64,000 bases of DNA. It comes from Chloroflexota bacterium. GTDB taxonomy: Bacteria > Chloroflexota > Anaerolineae > Aggregatilineales > Phototrophicaceae. Position numbers and translations under genes: made by a program. Positions 18,279 through 26,403 of the stretch are shown piece after piece (the first letter of the stretch is position 1; the number at the start of each line of letters is the position of its first letter). Below the pieces are notes generated by a model. That model was not told the DNA's origin. It ran no database searches and saw only the letters and a program-made list of their open reading frames with translations. Where the stretch lies: NCBI GenBank assembly GCA_026713245.1, contig JAPOOU010000246.1, positions 882 to 64,881 on the forward strand, read 5' to 3'.

Positions 18279-19478
18279 ATGCACGTTATCGATCTGGAGA
18301 TCATGATTCCTGCATCGCCTGATTTCATATGGCGTTTTCTCGGCGACATCGCCTCATCCGGAGACTGGCAAGCAGGCGTAACCGCAGTCTCGTTCCTCAC
18401 CACACAACGCGAAGGCAAAGGCGCGCGCTGGCGCTATTCTTACGCGAGGGGCAGCGATATTATCATTGAAGCGGCCGCCTGGTATGACACTCTGGGATAC
18501 GAGTATTCCATCGTAGACGGCGCCGGTTATGGAAACAATCAGGGCCGAATTCGCCTCCAGGAAGTCAGTGACGGCACCCTGGTGCGATGGACATTCAACT
18601 ACGAAGCGGGCGGCATGCTAGGTGGCTTGCGCAATGCGATGCGTCTCAAGCGCAACACCACCAGACGGATTCAAGACAGCCTGCGCAACTTGCACAATCT
18701 GGTCCAGAAGGACTCCGGCGGGATCTCGACGCACTCCGCGCGCGCAACCGTCCGCGAAGCGCCGGGCGCCGAAGAACGATCCAGTTACGAACCGCGTCAT
18801 CCCTCTAATTTTGTTGAGACGGTGTCTGAAGCAGACGACGATGATGGCTTGTTCGAAGACTTGCAGCCAATCGCTTTTGCGCTTGACGACGAGCCGAGTC
18901 CGCAAACCGGGGGAGCTGACGGAGATACCAAACCCAACCCTGTTATACTGGGTGGCGACGGCATGCTGGACATGGAATTGCAGAAGAAGGAGATAGCGGC
19001 AGCAACAGAACCGATAGATGCCGAAGTCGTCAGCATTGAACCCGATATTCGGGAAGAAATCATCGAAGAACCGCAAGTGCCGGAAGAGCCCGTCGAAGCC
19101 ATCGCAATCAACCGTCCTGTACCCGTCCGCACGCGGCAAGGCGCTGTGGACTCGTCGATGCTAAGTGTCTTTGAGATTTTTGGTCTGCCGAAGCCCAGCG
19201 AGCTCGGAGAAGCGGGGCCAGATCCAGGCGAGTCCCGGGTGGATCCGTCTTTCACGGAGCGTGCTGACGGCGTTCCAAGCGAGAGAGTCAGAGACTTGTC
19301 ACTGTTCTTTGATGATGATGAAGATGCGCCGGTTCGTGACCAGCCCGAATACCCCGGCAGCGGTCATACTTCCGGGAATCCCGCGACACTGGCAGCGGCG
19401 CCAATCCACGCTCCTCAAGTGACGGGCATGCGTCGCTTGACCCGCAGGTTAAGCCGCCCTCTTCGCAGTCACAACTGA
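18279..19478 (+). CDS. SRPBCC (START/polyketide-cyclase-like) domain protein with a long acidic disordered C-terminus
   Basis: The N-terminal ~140 aa (IPASPDFIWRFLGD...WQAGV...LVRWTFNYE) fit the SRPBCC pattern. The remaining ~250 aa are D/E/P-rich and low complexity. ATG at 18279 preferred to the TTG at 18264. Confidence 0.6.
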   Translation: MHVIDLEIMIPASPDFIWRFLGDIASSGDWQAGVTAVSFLTTQREGKGARWRYSYARGSDIIIEAAAWYDTLGYEYSIVDGAGYGNNQGRIRLQEVSDGTLVRWTFNYEAGGMLGGLRNAMRLKRNTTRRIQDSLRNLHNLVQKDSGGISTHSARATVREAPGAEERSSYEPRHPSNFVETVSEADDDDGLFEDLQPIAFALDDEPSPQTGGADGDTKPNPVILGGDGMLDMELQKKEIAAATEPIDAEVVSIEPDIREEIIEEPQVPEEPVEAIAINRPVPVRTRQGAVDSSMLSVFEIFGLPKPSELGEAGPDPGESRVDPSFTERADGVPSERVRDLSLFFDDDEDAPVRDQPEYPGSGHTSGNPATLAAAPIHAPQVTGMRRLTRRLSRPLRSHN

Positions 19479-19559
19479 TCGCAGGCGGTCAACCCGCCCA
19501 CGCCCAACTGCAGTATGTAATTTGCTTTTCACTTCAACCGGGTGCTTGTTGCGAAGGTG

Positions 19560-19632
19560 GGTGGATGAAGGGACTCGAACCCTCAACCACCTGAACCACA
19601 ATCAGGCGCTCTGCCATTGAGCTACATCCACC
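19560..19632 (-). tRNA. tRNA-His (anticodon GUG) with genome-encoded G-1
   Basis: Manual cloverleaf: G-1, acceptor GUGGAUG/CAUCCAC, D stem GCUC/GAGC, anticodon stem CCUGA/UCAGG with loop UUGUGGU, T stem GAGGG/CCCUU with loop UUCGAGU, discriminator C73. 3' CCA is not fully encoded. Confidence 0.9.
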
Positions 19633-19653
19633 GCGACAATACCGATCAATATA

Positions 19654-20361
19654 TCATGCTTGGGTTTCAATTGCCAGACCGATGCATTCGCGACTTGAGA
19701 CTTCCGGCATCGCTTTTCGAAGCACTGCCAACTGAATAATGCTGCCTTCGCACTCGACATTGATGTGCTCGACCGACAGTCCATGGCCCCCGAAAGCGCG
19801 CTGGAAAACAGCGCTGGAAGCCGGGCCGGTCGACTGTCCAGTGATTCGATACAAGCAGCGAATAAGAGCTCTCCGCGGTCCCCGCCCCTCGAGTCCGGCC
19901 GACATGACAATTATGGCTCTTCCCCGCAATTCCAGGACGCGATAGATTTCCACCAGGCAGTCCGGATTTAGTATGAACGCGGTGGGGAAAGTCGAGACAA
20001 CCGCAGAAAACGAGCCGTTTGCGAACGGGAGCGAGAGAGCGTCACCGCGAACGAAATCTGTTGAGAGACGTTTTCGTGACAAACGCCTGCGGGCGATACG
20101 GCCCATGCTCGGGGACAAGTCAAAAGCCACAGAAGAATAGTTCGCGCGAAGCAAATCAACCTGCAGCGCTCCGGTACCGTGGGCAAGCTCCAGAATGACG
20201 CCGGGACCGATGTCATCCAGGTACGGCAATACAGAGCGTTGCCAGTTGCGCCATTGGCCCAATGAAACCAGTCGGCTGACAGTGTCATACGTGAAGGCGA
20301 ATTCATTATATAATAGGCGAAATGCGAACTGAAACAGACGAATTCGGATGCCGCGCTTCAT
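19654..20361 (-). CDS. Class I SAM-dependent methyltransferase
   Basis: Motif I-like VILELAHGTGAL and the post-I acidic residue pattern. 4-nt overlap with the upstream GDPD gene. Confidence 0.72.
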   Translation of the reverse strand: MKRGIRIRLFQFAFRLLYNEFAFTYDTVSRLVSLGQWRNWQRSVLPYLDDIGPGVILELAHGTGALQVDLLRANYSSVAFDLSPSMGRIARRRLSRKRLSTDFVRGDALSLPFANGSFSAVVSTFPTAFILNPDCLVEIYRVLELRGRAIIVMSAGLEGRGPRRALIRCLYRITGQSTGPASSAVFQRAFGGHGLSVEHINVECEGSIIQLAVLRKAMPEVSSRECIGLAIETQA

Positions 20362-21125
20362 GACGAGAGCGCGTCGACCAGCATCTCAGGATCGTCCGAG
20401 ATAATCGCGTTCACGCCGAGTCTTTGGAGTTCCACGGCGCGTTCCCGTTCATTGACGGTCCAGGTATTGACATAATAGTCGTTTTGCCGCGCCCAGCGCA
20501 TGTAGACTTCATCAACCATATCGTGCCGGGGATGCCTGGCCTCATGCGACAGTTTTTTTAGGGGAATAAAGTATTTCGATGGCAGCGCCGGATCGTACAA
20601 GAATCCAGTCATGACCGTTGGCATCAGCAATCGGAAGTTAAGCAAAACGTAGGGATCGAAAGATGATATGACAACCCGGTTAGCCATAGAATAACGTCGG
20701 ACGCAGGCCGCGACTTGCTCTTCGATGTTGCCCGAGCCTTGGTGTCCAGACTTGATTTCGACATTAAACAGCGTTCCGCCTCCCAGCGACGCAAAAACTT
20801 GATCCAATGTAGGTATCCGTTCGCCGGAAAAACCGCTGGAAAACCAACTGCCCGCGTCCAACTCCTGCAGTTCTGCCAAGGATTTTTCGGCAACGGGGCC
20901 GCTGCCGTCGGTAGTGGCGTCGACCGAAAAATCGTGCGCGATCACGGCGTGACCGTCGCTGGAACGCTGTACATCAAGCTCGATAGCGTCCGCGCCCTGC
21001 TCGATCGCCAGTTCAAAGGCCGCCATGGTATTCATGGGCGCCGACGCCATGGCGCCGCGGTGCGCCATGGCCAGAGTTTCGCCCGATGCCATTGCCTCTT
21101 GAATCGAAGCGAACTTAGCCGACAT
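20358..21125 (-). CDS. Glycerophosphodiester phosphodiesterase (GDPD family)
   Basis: AHRGA...NTMAAFELAIEQGADAIELDVQRSSDGHAVIAHD and NVEIK motifs typical of GlpQ/UgpQ. Confidence 0.85.
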   Translation of the reverse strand: MSAKFASIQEAMASGETLAMAHRGAMASAPMNTMAAFELAIEQGADAIELDVQRSSDGHAVIAHDFSVDATTDGSGPVAEKSLAELQELDAGSWFSSGFSGERIPTLDQVFASLGGGTLFNVEIKSGHQGSGNIEEQVAACVRRYSMANRVVISSFDPYVLLNFRLLMPTVMTGFLYDPALPSKYFIPLKKLSHEARHPRHDMVDEVYMRWARQNDYYVNTWTVNERERAVELQRLGVNAIISDDPEMLVDALSS

Positions 21126-21139
21126 ATGTCAATGTGCCC

Positions 21140-21472
21140 TCAGGCATCGACCTGAACCTGAACTAGATTTTCCTCTATACGGGTTTCGAACCAGCGAACA
21201 TCAATTTCCGCCGGGCTCCTGGTCGCCTTGCCATTGCGAATGTCGAAGCGTCCGCCGTGTCGCGGACATTCGATTTCGTGGCCAACGAGCGGGCTGGGTC
21301 GGTCATTGCGATCAAAGGCTAGCACATTGCCGTCATGCGTACACAGATCTTCTATCGCATAGACTCTCCCGCCAACGTTAAAGACCGCGATCCATACGCC
21401 ATCAACGCCAAACACCTCGCGCTGACCGTCCTGCAGTTCGTCGCTCGGGCATAGCGCCACCCACCTGGCCAC
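21140..21472 (-). CDS. Rieske [2Fe-2S] ferredoxin-like protein
   Basis: CTHDG...(x)...CPRHGGRFD Rieske Cys/His boxes. GTG start at 21472 shares one nucleotide with the sufU TAG stop; the longer track ORF overlapping sufU was rejected. Confidence 0.8.
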   Translation of the reverse strand: MARWVALCPSDELQDGQREVFGVDGVWIAVFNVGGRVYAIEDLCTHDGNVLAFDRNDRPSPLVGHEIECPRHGGRFDIRNGKATRSPAEIDVRWFETRIEENLVQVQVDA

Positions 21473-21918
21473 TAGCTGCCGTCTCCGGTCTCGATCAACT
21501 TCCAGCGTTCGCTCCCTTGCTGACCAAAGGCGCCTATCACGAGTACCTTCAGCGGCAGCAAGGCGCATTTGACACGATTGATGCTCAAGGGCAAGCCTAT
21601 GTTATCCAGAAGATCTTGCTTGTTGATCGCCCTCGCCTCGTCAAGCCGCATGCCCAGAATCTCTTCGCCAAACATTGATGCCGATGCCTGACAAATGGCG
21701 CAACCCTCGCCATCCCAGCCTACTTCGATAATGACGTTCTCCGAATTGAGGCGAAGTGTCAGGCGCAGCCGGTCGCCGCAGAGTGGATTTGATTCTTCGT
21801 GATCCAGGTCATTTGGATCGAGCAAGCCCCAATGACGCTGATTTCGGGCGTGATCCAGAATGATCTCGCGATACATGTCTTCCATGAATGACGCGCATCC
21901 AAATCGGTCGCTGAACAC
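21472..21918 (-). CDS. sufU: SufU/IscU-like Fe-S cluster assembly sulfur-transfer protein
   Basis: IILDHARNQRHWG, NPLCGD, GEGCAICQASASM and VKCALLPLKVL motifs. The true start may be the internal ATG at 21885. Confidence 0.85.
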   Translation of the reverse strand: MFSDRFGCASFMEDMYREIILDHARNQRHWGLLDPNDLDHEESNPLCGDRLRLTLRLNSENVIIEVGWDGEGCAICQASASMFGEEILGMRLDEARAINKQDLLDNIGLPLSINRVKCALLPLKVLVIGAFGQQGSERWKLIETGDGS

Positions 21919-21922
21919 AGAA

Positions 21923-21941
21923 GCGCATCATTTAGATGCGC
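21923..21941 (-). other. Intercistronic hairpin between sufD and sufU (GCGCAUC-uaaau-GAUGCGC)
   Basis: Perfect 7-bp stem read from the sequence within the 92-nt sufD-sufU gap. On the mRNA it is followed by UUCUGUGUU. Confidence 0.3.
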
Positions 21942-22010
21942 TACGACAGACAGGTCTTACAGTTTTGAAGAACGGGAACAACCGCGTAAGCGGGAGTCCA
22001 TATTGGCCCC

Positions 22011-23345
22011 TCAACCGATGATTTTCGCTTCGATTTCGTCCATCAGTCGTTGCCGCACCCGGTCAAAGGGAATACGTTGCAGCAGTTCGTCGAAGAAGCC
22101 CTCGATGATCATGAGTTGAGCCTGCGGCCGCGTAATGCCCCGGCTCATCAAATAATAGATCGGTTCTTCTTCCAAGGTGCCAAAGGTAGCGGCATGGGAA
22201 CAAGCGACATCATCGGCCTCAATTTCCAGGCCTGGGATACTATCCATTCGCGCTAGGTCGCTCAGCATCAGGTTGCGGCAGACCTGGTAGCCGTCAATCT
22301 TCTGCATTTTCGGCAGAGATTTTATCATGCCCTGCCAAAGCGTGCGGCCGTTGTCACGCGCCGCGCCCTTGAACAAGAGGTTGGTATTTGTCAGCGGCGC
22401 ATTGTGATTCTGCTGGGTATCAAGGTCAAAGAATTGGCCGTGATCGGCAAAAAAGAAGCCGCTCACGCGCGCGTTGGCGCCCGTGCCGACAGCGTCCACC
22501 TCAATAAACGCCTTGGTAAGCCGGCTGCCCATCACGCCGTTGACCCAATCCAACTGAGCGTCGCGGCCTACCAGACCGCGCTGATGACTGAACTCAAAGG
22601 TTTCGCGATTCCAGTCTTGCAGGGAAACGAAACGCAGATTGGCGGCATCGCCGACTATCAATTCGGTGGCGCCAATGTATGATGCATGCTCGTCGCCACG
22701 GCTGGAGGCATATTCGACCTGCACAGTTGCTTGTGCGTTTTCTTCCAGAACCACCAAAACGTGACCCATTGCCGCGCCGGACATCGAATTGTAGCAGACG
22801 ACGTGCAGCGGCAGCGTCGTCCGGCGATTGCGCGGAACAAAGATGAAGGCGCCATGATCCCAAAGCGCGGCGTGCAGCGCGGCAAACTTGCCTTCGTTCG
22901 CCTTGACAGCCGCGGTCATGAAGTGCTTGCGCACCAGCTCTTCATGGTCACTTAGCGCTGTGCGCAGGTCGGTAAATACGATGCCCTGATCACGCAACTC
23001 GTCGGCGAGCTCGCGGCGCGCCACTTTGCCGTCGACCAATACCAGCAAGCCACCCTGCTCGTCTCCGGTGAGTGGCTCCAAATGCTTTGCAGGCACTTGC
23101 TCTGCGCCGGCGCCGTTGGCAACGATCCGCGTCGAAGCTTGGTCCCAGCGGATGTGTCGATAATCTGTGCGCCGCCATTCTTCTTCGTTGTGCGGCATTG
23201 GCGTGCTTTCGTACAATTCCCAGGCTCTGATGCGCCGTTCGCGCATCCAGCCGGGTTCATCATGTTTTTCGCTCAGCGCTTCGACATCCGCTCTGGCATA
23301 TACCGGCGCTTGCGGGAGCGTTGACCGTCGTCTCACAACAGCCAC
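22011..23345 (-). CDS. sufD: Fe-S cluster assembly protein SufD
   Basis: SufB/SufD-family C-terminal beta-helix region (…QQNHNAPLTNTNLLFKGAA…SHAATFGTLEEEPIYYLMSRG) and its position between sufB and sufU. Confidence 0.88.
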   Translation of the reverse strand: MAVVRRRSTLPQAPVYARADVEALSEKHDEPGWMRERRIRAWELYESTPMPHNEEEWRRTDYRHIRWDQASTRIVANGAGAEQVPAKHLEPLTGDEQGGLLVLVDGKVARRELADELRDQGIVFTDLRTALSDHEELVRKHFMTAAVKANEGKFAALHAALWDHGAFIFVPRNRRTTLPLHVVCYNSMSGAAMGHVLVVLEENAQATVQVEYASSRGDEHASYIGATELIVGDAANLRFVSLQDWNRETFEFSHQRGLVGRDAQLDWVNGVMGSRLTKAFIEVDAVGTGANARVSGFFFADHGQFFDLDTQQNHNAPLTNTNLLFKGAARDNGRTLWQGMIKSLPKMQKIDGYQVCRNLMLSDLARMDSIPGLEIEADDVACSHAATFGTLEEEPIYYLMSRGITRPQAQLMIIEGFFDELLQRIPFDRVRQRLMDEIEAKIIG

Positions 23346-23414
23346 GAATAGTCTCCTTCTGTGACTTGGAATCTGGATTTGATTGCGAATTGCACTTGAC
23401 GCGCTTAGATATGA

Positions 23415-24863
23415 CTAGCCGATCGAACCCTCCAACTGGATTTGAATCAGTCGGTTCAGCTCCAAGGCGTATTCCATTGGCAGTTCCTTGACCAAGGGCT
23501 CGAGGAAGCCATTCACGATCATCGCATTGGCTTCGTCTTCACTCATTCCGCGGCTCATCAGATAGAACAATTGATCTTCCCCGACCTTGCTCACTGAGGC
23601 CTCGTGGCCCATGGTCACGTCACGGGCGTCTATCTCGATGGTGGGATAGGTATCCGACCTGCTGAAATCGTCGAGCAGCAAGGCGTCGCAGACCACGTTG
23701 CTCTTGCTATTGCGAGCCGCTTCGGCGATTTTGAGCAATCCGCGATAGCTGGCGCGTCCGCCATCCTTGCTAATTGACTTGCTGATGATCTGGCTGGTCG
23801 TGTTCGGCGCAAGGTGGGTGATCTTGGCGCCGGCGTCCTGGTGTTGTCCATCGCCGGCAAAGGCGATCGACAGCACTTCGCCATGCGCCCCGTCACCGCG
23901 CAGGATCACCGCGGGGTACTTCATGGTAAGTCGACTGCCGAGATTGCCGTCGACCCACTCCATTGTGGCGTTCTTTTCGGCAACAGCGCGTTTGGTGACC
24001 AGATTGTAAACATTGTTGGACCAATTCTGGATCGTCGTATAGCGGCAGCGGCCGCCTTCCTTGACGATGATCTCAACTACGGCGCTGTGTAAGCTGTCCG
24101 AGCTATAGATTGGCGCCGTGCATCCTTCGACATAGTGCACATAAGCGCCCTCGTCAACGATGATCAGCGTACGCTCGAATTGTCCCATGTTCTGGGTATT
24201 GATTCGAAAGTAGGCCTGCAGGGGCATTTCCACATGAACGCCGGGCGGCACATATATAAAGCTGCCGCCCGACCATACTGCCGTATTCAACGCGGCGAAC
24301 TTGTTATCGTTGGATGGGATCACCGTCGTGAAATATTCTTTCACGATATCAGGGTATTCCCGCAATCCCGAATCCATATCGAGGAAAATAACACCCTGCT
24401 CTTCCAGGTTTTCCTGGATCTTGTGGTAGACCGATTCGCTGTCATACTGGGCGGAGACGCCATGCAAGAACTTTTGCTCGGCTTCGGGAATCCCTAGCCT
24501 GTCAAAGGTCTCTTTGATCTCCTGCGGCACTTCATCCCAATCTTGCTCGGTCTGGTCCGTAGCGCGCACGTAATAGTAGATGTCATCGTAGTCGATGTTG
24601 TTCAGTTCCCCACCCCACTGCGGCGTCGGCTTGTCCATGAAGATATGATATGCCTCGACGCGCAGGTCGGTCATCCACTGAGGCTCATCTTTCATAGCGC
24701 TGATTTGACGGACAATCTCCTCATTGATGCCCTTCTGGCTCTTGAAGGAGTACTCAACGTCTTCGTCATGGAAACCGTATTTCTCAGCGTACGTTAAACC
24801 GACGTCCTTCAGCGCCTCTTCCTCGAAAGTGAGCTGCTTGTCGCTTCTGATTACTTCGGACAT
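23415..24863 (-). CDS. sufB: Fe-S cluster assembly scaffold SufB
   Basis: Highly conserved SufB sequence (…[21 protein letters not shown]…, …[21 protein letters not shown]…). Confidence 0.95.
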   Translation of the reverse strand: MSEVIRSDKQLTFEEEALKDVGLTYAEKYGFHDEDVEYSFKSQKGINEEIVRQISAMKDEPQWMTDLRVEAYHIFMDKPTPQWGGELNNIDYDDIYYYVRATDQTEQDWDEVPQEIKETFDRLGIPEAEQKFLHGVSAQYDSESVYHKIQENLEEQGVIFLDMDSGLREYPDIVKEYFTTVIPSNDNKFAALNTAVWSGGSFIYVPPGVHVEMPLQAYFRINTQNMGQFERTLIIVDEGAYVHYVEGCTAPIYSSDSLHSAVVEIIVKEGGRCRYTTIQNWSNNVYNLVTKRAVAEKNATMEWVDGNLGSRLTMKYPAVILRGDGAHGEVLSIAFAGDGQHQDAGAKITHLAPNTTSQIISKSISKDGGRASYRGLLKIAEAARNSKSNVVCDALLLDDFSRSDTYPTIEIDARDVTMGHEASVSKVGEDQLFYLMSRGMSEDEANAMIVNGFLEPLVKELPMEYALELNRLIQIQLEGSIG

Positions 24864-24887
24864 ATTGCTTACCTCGTTGGGCTAAAT

Positions 24888-25679
24888 TTACGCTTCGGCA
24901 GCGTGCAGCAAACTGTGCTTTTCCCGCACCCATTCGTAGCCTTTTTCTTCCAGCTCGTGCGCAAGCGCAGGTCCCCCGCTTTCCACGATACGACCATCAA
25001 ACAGGACATGAACGAAGTCCGGCTTTATGTGATTGAGAATGCGCTGATAATGTGTGATCACCAGAGCGCCCATATCCGGACCGGTGAGCGAGTCGACCCC
25101 GTCCGCGACGATCCGCAGAGCGTCAATATCCAGGCCGGAATCGGTCTCGTCAAGCACGGCGATCCGGGGTTCAAGCACAGCCATCTGCAAAATCTCCGCG
25201 CGTTTCTTTTCGCCGCCGCTGAATCCTTCATTGAGATAGCGGCCCGCAAAGGATTGATCTATCTCCAGGGCGCTCATCTTTTGGCGCATCATCCGCGCGA
25301 ATTGCGGGATCGGGATGCCTTTGCTTTCCGGATCTTCCGCCTTCAAGCGCGCGTTTATGGCATGGCGCAAGAAGTTGCCCAGCGTCACACCGGGAATCGC
25401 CACCGGGTACTGAAACGCCAGAAACAAGCCAGCGCGGCTGCGTTCGTCGGCTTCCATCTCTAACAGGTCTTCGCCATCCAGCAGTATTTGTCCTTCGCGC
25501 ACAACATAGGCGGGGTTGCCCATCAAAACGTTGGCCAGCGTACTCTTGCCGGAGCCGTTTGGTCCCATAAGCGCGTGAACTTCGCCTTGCCTTATCGTCA
25601 GGTTGACCCCATTCAAGATCAATTCATCTTCTGCGTCCACGCTCGCATGGAGGTTGCGTATTTCCAACGTCGCTACCAT
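24888..25679 (-). CDS. sufC: Fe-S cluster assembly ATPase SufC
   Basis: Walker [10 protein letters not shown], signature [12 protein letters not shown], Walker [15 protein letters not shown] at 25679 is preceded by GGAGA 9 nt upstream; the track start at 25700 was rejected. Confidence 0.95.
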   Translation of the reverse strand: MVATLEIRNLHASVDAEDELILNGVNLTIRQGEVHALMGPNGSGKSTLANVLMGNPAYVVREGQILLDGEDLLEMEADERSRAGLFLAFQYPVAIPGVTLGNFLRHAINARLKAEDPESKGIPIPQFARMMRQKMSALEIDQSFAGRYLNEGFSGGEKKRAEILQMAVLEPRIAVLDETDSGLDIDALRIVADGVDSLTGPDMGALVITHYQRILNHIKPDFVHVLFDGRIVESGGPALAHELEEKGYEWVREKHSLLHAAEA

Positions 25680-25711
25680 TCCTGGCGTATCTCCTCTCAC
25701 TGTAGTTTAAT

Positions 25712-25738
25712 GTCGGTTAAATTTACTCTATAACCGAC
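25712..25738. promoter_or_regulatory. Perfect inverted repeat GTCGGTTA-11 nt-TAACCGAC in the suf leader (candidate operator or RNA hairpin)
   Basis: Read directly. Lies between the predicted suf promoter and the sufC Shine-Dalgarno. Confidence 0.45.
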
Positions 25739-25752
25739 TCGAACTTGTTCGC

Positions 25753-25781
25753 AGTATAGCAGTGCCCTCCCGGCATGTCAA
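25753..25781 (-). promoter_or_regulatory. sigma70-type promoter of the suf operon (TTGACA-17 nt-TATACT)
   Basis: Consensus -35, 17-nt spacer and near-consensus -10 on the minus strand, about 75 nt upstream of the sufC ATG. Confidence 0.55.
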
Positions 25782-25898
25782 TGCGATAGAATCTGCGCTG
25801 GATGTGATCAGTACTTTACTGACCGGCGGACGAGAAATTCCGCTACTCGCAGCAGGTCAACTATAGATTCAATGCAGTATTGTCAGATATCGACCTGA

Positions 25899-25927
25899 TT
25901 GACAACCAGGGGACGCTGTACTATGCT
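25899..25927 (+). promoter_or_regulatory. Candidate promoter (TTGACA-17 nt-TATGCT) for the divergent sufT-like gene
   Basis: Hexamers read from the sequence, about 125 nt upstream of the ATG at 26052. Confidence 0.45.
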
Positions 25928-26051
25928 AGGTTCGTTGAGCGCAGGGAGCGTACACCGGGTTTGTTTTCCATGTGTTCACAGCTAAAGATATCTGAGCGAA
26001 TTTGGCAGTTTTTCGAGGAATTGCCTTCTCAACTTGTGGGGGAACAAAACT

Positions 26052-26357
26052 ATGCAGGAAAAGGTTGAACAGGAAGCCGGACTCTACGAAGCCTTGCGAA
26101 CCGTCATTGATCCGGAAATCGGTATGAACGTCATCGAGTTGGGTCTTGTCCGCGGTGTCGACATCGAAGAGGATCGCGCGCATGTCAACATGATCATGAC
26201 CACGCCATTTTGCCCTTATGCGCCGCAATTGTTGGAGCAAACGCGCCGCACAGCGCAAGATTTCCTGGGCCTGCCAACGACCATCGAAATGGGAATGGAG
26301 ATGTGGGACCCCAGCATGATGGAAGAGGGCGCGGCGAGCGACTGGGGCCTGTTCTGA
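26052..26357 (+). CDS. sufT: DUF59/MIP18-family Fe-S assembly protein (SufT-like)
   Basis: LRTVIDPEIGMNVIELGLV...MTTPFCPYAP is the DUF59 core. ATG at 26052 has GGGGGA upstream. Confidence 0.8.
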   Translation: MQEKVEQEAGLYEALRTVIDPEIGMNVIELGLVRGVDIEEDRAHVNMIMTTPFCPYAPQLLEQTRRTAQDFLGLPTTIEMGMEMWDPSMMEEGAASDWGLF

Positions 26358-26403
26358 GCTTGCCGCGCCTCAGCCGCGGCGGATTCCCGCAAACATGCAA
26401 GAA

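Noticed and set aside
21140-21568. Long (142-aa) version of the Rieske ORF overlapping the sufU 3' end by ~100 nt
   Set aside because: The Arg-rich N-terminal extension has no Rieske homology. A GTG overlapping the sufU stop gives a typical ~110-aa Rieske ferredoxin.
25970-26068. Possible 32-aa upstream ORF in the sufT-like leader, overlapping its start codon out of frame
   Set aside because: No Shine-Dalgarno precedes its ATG and nothing is recognisable in the peptide. The longer TTG-initiated version overlaps the predicted promoter.
26358-26403. GCCGCG-7 nt-CGCGGC hairpin between the convergent sufT-like and M23 genes as a terminator
   Set aside because: The stem is only 6 bp and there is no U-tract on either strand. 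The evidence is insufficient.
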